A DNA stretch of 64,000 nucleotides. Source: a virus. Every line of letters begins with the position of its first letter. The stretch's first letter is position 1. Location of the stretch: IMG/VR virus record IMGVR_UViG_3300027741_000030, positions 1 through 64,000 of that record; one strand, 5' to 3'. This document shows positions 35,575 through 44,768 of the stretch, piece after piece. Made by a program: the position numbers and the translations under genes. Below the pieces are notes generated by a model. The model saw only the letters and a program-made list of their open reading frames with translations. It made no database searches and had not been told where the DNA came from.

Positions 35575-35845
35575 TATAAAATATGTTTTATCGCAGATGA
35601 GACACAGGGGCTATTGGAATAAAATTAATACTATAGAGTTTATATCATTTATGACTAAGGTTACTATTATTGTTCCAGGACTTCTTTTTGGTATGCAATG
35701 GTGGTGGCTTTATATTTTTGCATTAGTATCTAGCATGTCTTTAATATGGACATCAACAAGAAAGACTTTACCAACAATTATTATATTTAATGTAATTTGG
35801 TGTTGTTTAGCTGTTACGGCGATTCTTAAACATTTTATCTTTTAA
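35567..35845 (+). CDS. small membrane protein
   Basis: Three TM segments; KTLPTII.FN. Confidence 0.7.
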   Translation: MSNIKYVLSQMRHRGYWNKINTIEFISFMTKVTIIVPGLLFGMQWWWLYIFALVSSMSLIWTSTRKTLPTIIIFNVIWCCLAVTAILKHFIF

Positions 35846-35961
35846 TTTGTTATAAAAATAATTTATTTTTTGTTCCATTTTTCCGCCAGGCGTTTCATTT
35901 TTATAATAATTTGTTTGAAAATATGGAGAAAAAAACATTTTTGAAAAATGATCTCTTGGCA

Positions 35962-36807
35962 TTAGTGTTCTTTAAACTCCGACATAAATTTTTCAGCAAG
36001 ATCTACGCCTTCTAAACCAGATTGCTGCATCTCTGCTATGCGCTCTGGAGTAAACATAGGGTTTATTTTTAAAGGCTTAATCCAAATATCAATTTCTTCT
36101 TCAGTGCGATTACCAATTTGTTTGTAGTACTCTTCTGTTTTGTAATTATAGAAAGTTCCTGGGTTATCTTCAGCTTTTAAAGAAAAATTAGAAAAAGCAA
36201 ATCTAATACCAGACTCGACTTCTCTAACACCGTGACTGTATGGATCAAATGCACTGTGTATGATTAAATCTCCTCTTTCAGGTTGGTATTCAAAACAACC
36301 TTCAAATTTACCAGTTTCTGATTTTAAATTTCCATCTACATCCACATCGGGATAGTAAATTGCTCCTCCAGTAAAATGCCCAAAATATGCAACAAGACCG
36401 TAATCTATTAGACAGCATGTTGCGTACTTATCATCTTGAGAAAGTCTGTGGCATTGTCCTTTTCCAGGACTATCTGAGTGGCAAAACATTCCGCCATCTC
36501 CAGGTCTAACATTTAATATTGATTGAGATGGATGTATCACATAGTGTGGGTATAATATTTCACTTACAAGCTCCCAAAATTCTAAAAGACGTGTAGGTCT
36601 AGGAGAAACCTTATCTACATACCAGCTTATTAAACTCTTGTCGTATTTATTTTTATCTCTGTCGTCTTTTTCTAAAAGTTCTTTTTCAAGATCAAGCATA
36701 AGATCTTCAGGTATAAAGTTTTTAAACAGAAATATGCCGCTAGGTGTGCCATATGCATCCACGTAACTCGATAATTTTATACAATCTGGTCGGTCATAGA
36801 AATACAT
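35962..36807 (-). CDS. 2OG-Fe(II) oxygenase
   Basis: HSD, FTGGAIY, HGV, RFA; start MYFY at 36807. Confidence 0.75.
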   Translation of the reverse strand: MYFYDRPDCIKLSSYVDAYGTPSGIFLFKNFIPEDLMLDLEKELLEKDDRDKNKYDKSLISWYVDKVSPRPTRLLEFWELVSEILYPHYVIHPSQSILNVRPGDGGMFCHSDSPGKGQCHRLSQDDKYATCCLIDYGLVAYFGHFTGGAIYYPDVDVDGNLKSETGKFEGCFEYQPERGDLIIHSAFDPYSHGVREVESGIRFAFSNFSLKAEDNPGTFYNYKTEEYYKQIGNRTEEEIDIWIKPLKINPMFTPERIAEMQQSGLEGVDLAEKFMSEFKEH

Positions 36808-36855
36808 TTTTTTCCCCCATTGCAATATCCTTAATTGTATCACGAAATTAATATT

Positions 36856-36891
36856 AAAAACCCCTAGCTGGAGGCGGATCCAACTAGGGGT
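36856..36891 (-). terminator. intrinsic terminator
   Basis: ACCCCTAG...CTAGGGGT with A-run on + strand. Confidence 0.6.
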
Positions 36892-36947
36892 ATACAGGGA
36901 GCATAACTCAACCTGAATTTAAAGTATATTATATCTTTTAGGTAAAG

Positions 36948-37220
36948 TCAATTATTTTCTTCAGAAGGTTTGAATGAAGGAACAGGCCCTAATAGATATC
37001 CTTCTTCGTGATACTTAATCATTTTTTCAGTATCTTCATTTCCAACAATTTTATTAGAAATTAAAGAAAGCAAGTCATAAATCCTATGTAGCATTATGTA
37101 TGTAACCATAGGCAGGTTGTCCTCTAAGTCAGAGGACTCATTTTTATTCTGGTCTTCCTGCATCTTGCCAAAAAATTTCTCTACCCATTGCATCAGTTTC
37201 TTTAATTTGAACTGATTCAT
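36948..37220 (-). CDS. hypothetical protein
   Basis: ORF track. Confidence 0.6.
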   Translation of the reverse strand: MNQFKLKKLMQWVEKFFGKMQEDQNKNESSDLEDNLPMVTYIMLHRIYDLLSLISNKIVGNEDTEKMIKYHEEGYLLGPVPSFKPSEENN

Positions 37221-37246
37221 TTTCTATTTTGCAAATACAATTTCCA

Positions 37247-37462
37247 TTACACATTTATATTCTCCTCAACACTTTTTACTATTTTATCATATGTTGATTT
37301 TCCAATATTATTTTTATATTCACAGTCTAAACAATATAAATAAATATTTTCTTCTAAATCTTGATTACAAAAAAGAATGGATTGGTCTACTGGGCATAAA
37401 AGCTTTTCAACCAATCCTTCTTCTGACATGGAGATGTAAGTTGATACGTATTGTATCTTCAT
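37247..37462 (-). CDS. zinc-ribbon hypothetical protein
   Basis: CPVD...CLDC. Confidence 0.65.
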   Translation of the reverse strand: MKIQYVSTYISMSEEGLVEKLLCPVDQSILFCNQDLEENIYLYCLDCEYKNNIGKSTYDKIVKSVEENINV

Positions 37463-37472
37463 CCCATCTCCT

Positions 37473-38018
37473 TTACTTTGTCGGAAATTTTAAATAAAAT
37501 TCCTTAGCTTTTGGGGTCATACCCTTCCAGCTTGACCAATCATTGCCGCCATTGGTCATATGATACGTTATCTCTGCGTTTGTTACTGGGTTGAATAACT
37601 CTTTGTTACTCTGTAGATCAAATTTCTCAAGTCTTTCAGGACCAAGATTTCCAATCATATTTATCTGAAATAATCCGTAAGAACTATCTCCTGTGTGCTT
37701 ATTCCCGTTATATGCAAGCGGTCTTCCATTAGATTCACGCTTTGCTATTGACCAAGCTTTTTTAAGGCCTGTTCCTTCGAATCCTACAGTTTCAAGTAAT
37801 TGTTTTAACTCTTCATCTGTAAGCATCTCAGACGAACTGTAACTTGCATTACTGAACTTGTCTAAGACTTCTTGCTTTAATTGGGCTTCAGTTTTCACTA
37901 AAGGTTTTACAGTTACAGCGTTTGCAGTATTTCCAAACAAAAATAACATTGTTACTGTTATTATTGTCCAGTCACGAACTAAATCGCTAAACTGTTGTTT
38001 TATATTCTCCATTGGCAT
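37473..38018 (-). CDS. secreted lytic transglycosylase (SLT/lysozyme-like)
   Basis: Signal/TM N-terminus; AKRESNG catalytic Glu, YGLFQIN, NPVTNA, WSSW. Confidence 0.85.
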   Translation of the reverse strand: MPMENIKQQFSDLVRDWTIITVTMLFLFGNTANAVTVKPLVKTEAQLKQEVLDKFSNASYSSSEMLTDEELKQLLETVGFEGTGLKKAWSIAKRESNGRPLAYNGNKHTGDSSYGLFQINMIGNLGPERLEKFDLQSNKELFNPVTNAEITYHMTNGGNDWSSWKGMTPKAKEFYLKFPTK

Positions 38019-38214
38019 TTCCTCCTATAGAGATAACGAACTCTAAGAATAGCATTGATTATAAAGAACTGTCAAGTTAGTTGACTGAAATACCATCTTA
38101 TATAATGAGATATTAAAAAATATTTTTAACCCCTAGACCACTAAATAAAAGTTTGATACACTTAGAACTTCATAAATAAATTACACCGCAAGGCGGAGAA
38201 AAGGTTGTATATAA

Positions 38215-40149
38215 ATGTCTAAAACTATTGCAAACCCGTACGAAAATTTCATTGCGTTATCCAGATATGCAAGATGGATATCAGAAGATAATCGCCGTGA
38301 GACTTGGGGTGAGACAGTAGATAGATATTTTAGCTTTATGCTAAACCATCTAAAAGAAAATTATAATTATATTCCAGATGAGAAGCTTGTTGCGGAATTA
38401 AAAAACGGTGTATTTGAAAGAAACGTCATGCCATCAATGCGCTCTGTAATGACTTCAGGAGTAGCATTAGAAAGAGATAATGTAGCAGGATACAACTGTG
38501 CTTTCCTACCAGTTGATTCACCACGTTCATTTGATGAGACAATGTATATTCTTATGTGCGGTACAGGTGTAGGATTCTCTGTTGAGTATAAGTATATTAA
38601 TAAACTTCCTGCCGTCCCAGAATCGCTAGAGAAGTCAACTACAGTAATTACAGTAGAAGACTCAAAGCAAGGTTGGGCTAAAGCATACCGTGAGTTGCTA
38701 GCACTACTATGGTCTGGACAGATTCCAGCAATTGATGTTTCTAAGGTAAGACCAGCAGGTGCAAGACTTAAGACAATGGGTGGAAGATCATCAGGTCCAC
38801 AACCACTTATTAATCTATTTGATTTTACAATTGCAAAGTTCAAGAGCGCTACAGGAAGAAACCTAAAGCCAATTGAATGCCACGATATCATGTGCAAGAT
38901 TGGTGAAGTAGTTGTTGTAGGCGGAGTTCGTCGCTCAGCAATGATTTCCCTTTCTAACATTAACGATATTGAGATGGCACAGGCTAAGTCAGGTAACTGG
39001 TGGGAAGCCAATACACAACGTGCTTTGTCTAATAACTCTGTTGCGTACTCACGCAAGCCAGACATGGAGCAATTTATTGCAGAATGGAAATCTTTATATG
39101 ATTCAAAGTCAGGAGAACGAGGCATATACAATGTGGCCGCAGCTCAAGCCCAAGCAGCCAAGTATGGAAGAAGAGATCCAGATATACACTATGGAACTAA
39201 CCCGTGCTCAGAGATTATCCTACGTCCTTATCAGTTTTGTAACCTTTCAGAAGTCGTACTACGTGAGAATGATACAAAGAAAGAAATTGAACGCAAAGTT
39301 GAACTTGCAGCTATCCTTGGAACGTGGCAGTCAACGCTTACAGACTTTAAATATCTTCGCAAGATCTGGAAAGACAATACAGAAGAAGAGCGCCTATTAG
39401 GTGTTTCTTTAACTGGACAATTCGGACACAAGTTTATGTCAGGTAAAGAAGACCTTGTTTCACTAGAAGCTTTCTTGATGACTCTTAGAGAATCAGCAAG
39501 AGCAAAGAATAAAGATGAGGCTGGGAAAATTGGGATTCCTGAGTCTGCCGCTATTACATGCGTAAAGCCATCAGGAACAGTATCTCAATTGGTCGGGGTA
39601 TCTTCAGGAATGCATGCTTGGCATTCTCCATATTACATTCGCACAGTTCGTGGGGCAAAGGGAGATCCAATCTCTACATTTTTGAAGGAAGTCGGAATTC
39701 CAGTAGAAGATGATGTCATGAAGCCAAACGATACATACGTATTCTCATTCCCAATTAAAGCACCACAGGGTGCAATTGTTAGAAATGATCTAACCGCTAT
39801 TGAACACTTAAACATTTGGTTGGTTTATCAACGTGCATGGTGTGAGCATAAGCCATCAATTACAGTTTCTGTAAAGGAAGATGAATGGATGGAAGTTGGT
39901 GCATGGGTATATAAGCATTTCGACGAAGTCTCTGGAATTTCATTTTTACCGCATTCAGATCATACTTATAAGCAGGCTCCTTACCAAGAAGTAACAAAAG
40001 AAGAATATGAGTCGCTTCTTGCAAAGATGCCAGAAAATATTAGATGGGAAGATTTATCTTTCTATGAGACAGAAGATGGAACGTCTACAAATGCCACTCT
40101 TGCATGCAGCTCAGATGGAAATTGTGAGCTTGTAGATATTTCAGCATAG
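38215..40149 (+). CDS. nrdJ: class II (adenosylcobalamin-dependent) ribonucleotide reductase
   Basis: YNCAF, GGVRRSA, TNPCSEI, TCVKPSGT, C-terminal Cys pair. Confidence 0.92.
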   Translation: MSKTIANPYENFIALSRYARWISEDNRRETWGETVDRYFSFMLNHLKENYNYIPDEKLVAELKNGVFERNVMPSMRSVMTSGVALERDNVAGYNCAFLPVDSPRSFDETMYILMCGTGVGFSVEYKYINKLPAVPESLEKSTTVITVEDSKQGWAKAYRELLALLWSGQIPAIDVSKVRPAGARLKTMGGRSSGPQPLINLFDFTIAKFKSATGRNLKPIECHDIMCKIGEVVVVGGVRRSAMISLSNINDIEMAQAKSGNWWEANTQRALSNNSVAYSRKPDMEQFIAEWKSLYDSKSGERGIYNVAAAQAQAAKYGRRDPDIHYGTNPCSEIILRPYQFCNLSEVVLRENDTKKEIERKVELAAILGTWQSTLTDFKYLRKIWKDNTEEERLLGVSLTGQFGHKFMSGKEDLVSLEAFLMTLRESARAKNKDEAGKIGIPESAAITCVKPSGTVSQLVGVSSGMHAWHSPYYIRTVRGAKGDPISTFLKEVGIPVEDDVMKPNDTYVFSFPIKAPQGAIVRNDLTAIEHLNIWLVYQRAWCEHKPSITVSVKEDEWMEVGAWVYKHFDEVSGISFLPHSDHTYKQAPYQEVTKEEYESLLAKMPENIRWEDLSFYETEDGTSTNATLACSSDGNCELVDISA

Positions 40150-40215
40150 TGGTAGAATTATAGTATTCGGGAAACCGAAAATTCATGGGCATCCCGCCCA
40201 CGAGGAGATGACAAA

Positions 40216-40455
40216 ATGGCTAAATTTGCAAAAGCAGATTTAAACAAAGATGGAAAGGTAACAATGCAAGAACAGATTCTAGCAGCGTTAGCAAGCTACG
40301 GAAGAGCATTTCTTTCAGCAGCGCTAGCCTTATACATGACAGGAAATACAAATCCTAAAGATTTACTACTTGGTGGCATCGCAGCGGTTGCACCCGTAAT
40401 CTTGAAGGCGCTCAACCCAAATGATAAGAGTTTTGGGTTTACTAATAAAGCATAA
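40216..40455 (+). CDS. holin-like membrane protein
   Basis: Two TM segments; ALNPND..FG; N-terminal DLNKDGKV. Confidence 0.6.
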   Translation: MAKFAKADLNKDGKVTMQEQILAALASYGRAFLSAALALYMTGNTNPKDLLLGGIAAVAPVILKALNPNDKSFGFTNKA

Positions 40456-40527
40456 TAATTAGTCAATTAAGAATACTCCTGTGCTAAAATTGGTACAGGA
40501 GTATTCCTATTTAGGAGACTATGGCAA

Positions 40528-40875
40528 ATGGCAGGACAAAAGAACTTTGAAGTAGATCAAAATGCAACATTTAGCTTTATACTAGAATATAAAGATGATA
40601 ATGACAACGCAATTGATTTAACTGGTGCATCTGCAAAGATGCAGATTCGTGATACAAAAGGTGGCTCTAAGTTAGCCGTCACCCTAACATCACCATCTGG
40701 TGGAATTACTATTAATGGTCCAACTGGGACACTAAATATTAAAATGACACCTACTCAAACAAATAAACTCTTTTATCCTAAATCATCTTACGATGTAATG
40801 GTTGTCGATTCTAACGGGAACAAAATAAAACTCCTTGAGGGCTTTATGACGCTCAATAGATCGGTAACAGTGTAA
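40528..40875 (+). CDS. virion structural protein (tail/baseplate-associated Ig-like)
   Basis: DQNATF...IDLTG.SAKMQIR...YD...LLEG pattern. Confidence 0.65.
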   Translation: MAGQKNFEVDQNATFSFILEYKDDNDNAIDLTGASAKMQIRDTKGGSKLAVTLTSPSGGITINGPTGTLNIKMTPTQTNKLFYPKSSYDVMVVDSNGNKIKLLEGFMTLNRSVTV

Positions 40876-41315
40876 TGGTTGATTCCGTAATTGTTAGTTC
40901 GCAAAAAAATAAAGTAGTAGTATCCTCCCCTGGACCGCAAGGACCTAGGGGTAAAAGTATTTTAAATGGTACAGGAAACCCATCAAATAATTTTGGCCTA
41001 GAAGGAGATTTCTACTATGACGTTGTAATGTCAAAGTTGTGGGGCCCTAAAAAAACAGATTTGTCTTGGGAAAATGCAACAATAATTACTTTAACATCTA
41101 ACACTCTTACTTATTCTTGGGAAATGGCTCAGGTTACTGGACCAGTACAGGGTATATATTCTGTAGTGATTAATCATAACTTGGGATATAATCCAAACGT
41201 AACAATAAAGTCAAGCGCAGGGGATATACTTGAAACAGGTATAGACTATAACAACACAAATAAATTAACACTGACTATGGCACAGCCATTTTCAGGGACA
41301 GCATATCTGTCATAA
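40875..41315 (+). CDS. tail-associated structural protein
   Basis: PGPQGPRG, GDFYYD, HNLG..P.V motifs. Confidence 0.65.
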   Translation: MVDSVIVSSQKNKVVVSSPGPQGPRGKSILNGTGNPSNNFGLEGDFYYDVVMSKLWGPKKTDLSWENATIITLTSNTLTYSWEMAQVTGPVQGIYSVVINHNLGYNPNVTIKSSAGDILETGIDYNNTNKLTLTMAQPFSGTAYLS

Positions 41316-41327
41316 GGGGGAAAGACA

Positions 41328-42299
41328 ATGTCAAAAAAGTTTTTAGTTAGTATTGATCTCAATAAAAATGAGTTACTCAATGCTAGAATTCAAAATTTAG
41401 GATCAGCACCAACTAGTCCAGTATCGGGTCAAGTTTACTACAATACTGGCGATAATATTATGTACTTCTGGAATGGTACAGAGTGGATTTCTACTTCTGG
41501 ATCTTTAGAAGTTATTCAAGATGCTATTGGTCAATATATTGTTGGAGGAACAGGATTAACCTCAACATATAATGACCCAGCAGGATATACAACAATTAAG
41601 CTTAATGATACCTCAGTTACTGCAGGCACATACGGCTCAATTACAAAAGTACCAACATTTACTGTTGACCAGCAAGGACGTTTAACTGCAGCCAGCGAAG
41701 CTAATTTAGTTATACCTCTTAGCACACAAACAACAGGCGATTATGTAGCAACTATAGTCGGAACAGCTGGAAAAGTTACAGTATCTCCAAATAGTGGACA
41801 TAATGCAGCAGTTACAATTGGTTTACCAGATGACGTAACAATTACAAATAACTTGACTGTAGGTGGAGATTTAAATGTAACAGGTAAAGTAAATTCTGTT
41901 AACACCACAACAATCAACGTTCAAGATAATAAAGTAAATCTTAACTCAGCATTTACAGGAAACCCAGTAGCAGATGCTGGAATTAGAGTTGAGCGTGGAG
42001 ACAAGCAAGATGTCGAAATCTTGTGGAAAGAGTCTTCAGAAAAATGGCAATTAACAAATGATGGCGTAAACTATCATTCAATTGCTAGAAAATATGTACA
42101 GGTTCTTGGAAGCCCATCTACAACTTATAATTTAACACACAATTTAAAAACATCTGAGGTTACAGTTCAGGTTTTTCAGTCTGCCAGCCCATTTGCTCAA
42201 GTTGAAGCAGATGTTAATTTAACAGATGAAAATACAGTAACAATTAATTTTGCTGTTGCACCAACAGCAGGAGAATACAAGGTTGTGATTGTAGGCTAA
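41328..42299 (+). CDS. tail fibre-related structural protein
   Basis: AGTYGS..VP.FTVDQQGRLT; HNL..V.VQV C-terminal module. Confidence 0.7.
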   Translation: MSKKFLVSIDLNKNELLNARIQNLGSAPTSPVSGQVYYNTGDNIMYFWNGTEWISTSGSLEVIQDAIGQYIVGGTGLTSTYNDPAGYTTIKLNDTSVTAGTYGSITKVPTFTVDQQGRLTAASEANLVIPLSTQTTGDYVATIVGTAGKVTVSPNSGHNAAVTIGLPDDVTITNNLTVGGDLNVTGKVNSVNTTTINVQDNKVNLNSAFTGNPVADAGIRVERGDKQDVEILWKESSEKWQLTNDGVNYHSIARKYVQVLGSPSTTYNLTHNLKTSEVTVQVFQSASPFAQVEADVNLTDENTVTINFAVAPTAGEYKVVIVG

Positions 42300-42300
42300 A

Positions 42301-42762
42301 ATGTCAAGAAAAATGAAGGTGTTATTAAATTTACTTACAATGGTAACAGACCCAGACGTAGGGCAAGAAGGTGATGTTTACTTTAACGTAACCTCTAAAA
42401 ATTTAAGAATATTTAATGGTTTTGAATGGATTGAGCTTACACCCCCAAGCACAGATCCCACACCATTTTATAGACACACTCATGCTTATGATGGCGAAGT
42501 CGCAACAATTGATATGCAGAATCCAATAACATTTTTAGAGTATAATGAGATAGAGTCTGCAGCAGTAATTCTTCCAGAAGTTGTTGGAATGGATGGAGGA
42601 GGCCCAGTGGAAACAAATGTTAATCCGTCATGGGAAACCTTAACGCTATTTGATGGCGGCACAGAGCAAGAAGTTTTAGAGAATGATAATCTAATAGATG
42701 AAGGAGGATCCGAAGACATCGTAGGAGGAGATATCTTAGATGGTGGAGGATCACACGAATAA
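42301..42762 (+). CDS. acidic structural protein with DGG repeats
   Basis: ORF track; context. Confidence 0.6.
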   Translation: MSRKMKVLLNLLTMVTDPDVGQEGDVYFNVTSKNLRIFNGFEWIELTPPSTDPTPFYRHTHAYDGEVATIDMQNPITFLEYNEIESAAVILPEVVGMDGGGPVETNVNPSWETLTLFDGGTEQEVLENDNLIDEGGSEDIVGGDILDGGGSHE

Positions 42763-44759
42763 TGACAACTAGAATTCAATTAAGAAGAGATACAGCACAG
42801 AACTGGTCTTTAAATAATCCTATACTTTTATCAGGAGAGCTAGGAATTGAAACAGACACACTAAAAATAAAAATAGGTAACGGTTCAAGATGGAACTCTA
42901 TTTTAAATTATGCGTTTAAAGTTGGTCAGGCCAATGGAATTGCAACACTAGACTCAACAGGCAAAATTCCATCATCTCAAATTCCTACAAATATTAACAT
43001 ATCAGAGTTAATTGATTCTCTTACAACTTCAGATATTGAAGAAGGATCAAATTTATATTTTACAAATTCTAGAGCAGTATCAGCAAACGCTTCTGCAATT
43101 ACAAATGCAATTGCAACAGAGGTTACAAATAGAAATGCTGCTATTGCTACTGCAAAGACTGAAGCCATTACCGCTGCATCAACAGATGCCACAACAAAAG
43201 TTAATTTGGCGCAATCTACAGCAGCTTCAGATGCTACAGTAAAAGCAAATGCTGCAAAAAATGAAGCAATTGCAGCATCTGCAATTGATGCTACTACAAA
43301 AGTTAATTCTGCGTTATCAACAGTTGCATCTAATTTAAATTCAGCAATTTCAGCAGAAGCTTCAAATAGAAACTCAGCAATTTCAACAGCAATTTCAGGA
43401 AGAATAAATACTCTTACAACAAGTAATATTGCTGAAGGAACAAATAAATATTTTACAGATGCTCGTGCAAAAGCAGCAGTAGCCTCTGATATTGCTGATG
43501 CAATTGATGCAATTCAATATGATGCAGGTATAACAGATCTTGCTTCATTTACAACATCTAATTTAGCAGAAGGTTCAAACCTTTATTTTACAAATGCAAG
43601 AGCAATTTCTGCAACAAATAATAAATTTAATGATATTTTAATAGCAATCAATACAGCAACAGATGATTTGTCTTTGACAATTTCAAATGACTATTTATCT
43701 AAGTCTGAAGCTGCCAGCACATATGTAACATCACAAACTTTATCTAATACAGTTTCAGATTATGTTTTAGAAGCAGATAGAAACCAACAGGGTGGATTTG
43801 CAGGTCTTGATAATACAACTAAAGTATTAGATTCAGTAATTCCATCAACAATTGCTAGAGTGTCTTCTCCTACATTTACAGGAACTGTAAATGCATCAAA
43901 CTTAACTATTACAGGAAACCTAACAGTATCTGGAACAACAACAACAGTTAATTCTGAAAATTTATCAATAAATGATCCACTAATAAAGCTTTCACAAAAT
44001 CAATATACCGCAGATGTTATGGACATTGGTATTTATGGTTCATATGGAGCTTCTGGAAATAATGCAGGAAATCACCCACACACTGGGCTTGTCCGTGATG
44101 CATCAGATAAAAAATGGAAGTTAATATCTGGAGCAGCAGAGCCAATATCAAATGAAATAAATTTTGCATCAGTAGTTTATGATACATTAAAAGTTGGAGG
44201 CCTTGAAGTTGGGTCAGTTACCAATACAGAAATTGGATATTTAAGTGGAGTAACAAGCTCAATACAGTCTCAGATATCTTCTAAGGCCCCTGTAGCATCA
44301 CCAACATTTACTGGAACAGTTTCTGGTATTACAAAATCTATGGTTGGACTTGCAAATGTTGATAACACAACAGATGCAAACAAACCAATATCTTCTGCTA
44401 CACAAGCTGCATTGAATGCTAAATTAACATCAGCTCAAGCAGATTTAAAGTATGCAACAATTGAAAATCCTTCATTTATTGGAGTTGTTGATTTTTCATC
44501 AGTAACTGTAACTGGACTTACATTAGGAGATTCCCTTCCAAGCCAGTCTGGAAATTATGGAAAATATTTAACAACAGACGGTTCAACAGCATCTTGGTCA
44601 ACAATAAACCTTGCTAGCTATCTTTCTAAAATAGAGGCCTCTTCAAATTATTTAACAAAAGCAGATGCAGCCAATGCTTATCAGTCTAAGATTACATACG
44701 GAACAACCCAAACACCAACAACTGCTGGCGTGGCTGGCGATATTTATATACAGTACTAG
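42762..44759 (+). CDS. tail fibre protein with Mtd/hyaluronidase-type N-terminal domain
   Basis: RIQLRRDT..W...NPIL..GELGIETDT.KIKIGNG; EG.NLYFT repeats. Confidence 0.8.
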   Translation: MTTRIQLRRDTAQNWSLNNPILLSGELGIETDTLKIKIGNGSRWNSILNYAFKVGQANGIATLDSTGKIPSSQIPTNINISELIDSLTTSDIEEGSNLYFTNSRAVSANASAITNAIATEVTNRNAAIATAKTEAITAASTDATTKVNLAQSTAASDATVKANAAKNEAIAASAIDATTKVNSALSTVASNLNSAISAEASNRNSAISTAISGRINTLTTSNIAEGTNKYFTDARAKAAVASDIADAIDAIQYDAGITDLASFTTSNLAEGSNLYFTNARAISATNNKFNDILIAINTATDDLSLTISNDYLSKSEAASTYVTSQTLSNTVSDYVLEADRNQQGGFAGLDNTTKVLDSVIPSTIARVSSPTFTGTVNASNLTITGNLTVSGTTTTVNSENLSINDPLIKLSQNQYTADVMDIGIYGSYGASGNNAGNHPHTGLVRDASDKKWKLISGAAEPISNEINFASVVYDTLKVGGLEVGSVTNTEIGYLSGVTSSIQSQISSKAPVASPTFTGTVSGITKSMVGLANVDNTTDANKPISSATQAALNAKLTSAQADLKYATIENPSFIGVVDFSSVTVTGLTLGDSLPSQSGNYGKYLTTDGSTASWSTINLASYLSKIEASSNYLTKADAANAYQSKITYGTTQTPTTAGVAGDIYIQY

Positions 44760-44768
44760 GAGGAACAA

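Noticed and set aside
8514-38086. GTCAACT near several extended -10 promoters (22563, 29897, 33057, 38078)
   Set aside because: Spacing to the -10 varies and the heptamer also occurs in coding DNA; insufficient support
38020-38214. Cobalamin riboswitch or NrdR box before nrdJ; c-di-AMP riboswitch before the SLT gene
   Set aside because: No B12-box or ydaO consensus seen; ACCACTAAATAAAAGT matches only half of an NrdR palindrome
38367-39131. Long antisense ORFs (38367..39131, 415..843, 6570..7001, 60916..61383 and similar)
   Set aside because: Shadow frames of strongly supported sense genes with biased codon usage
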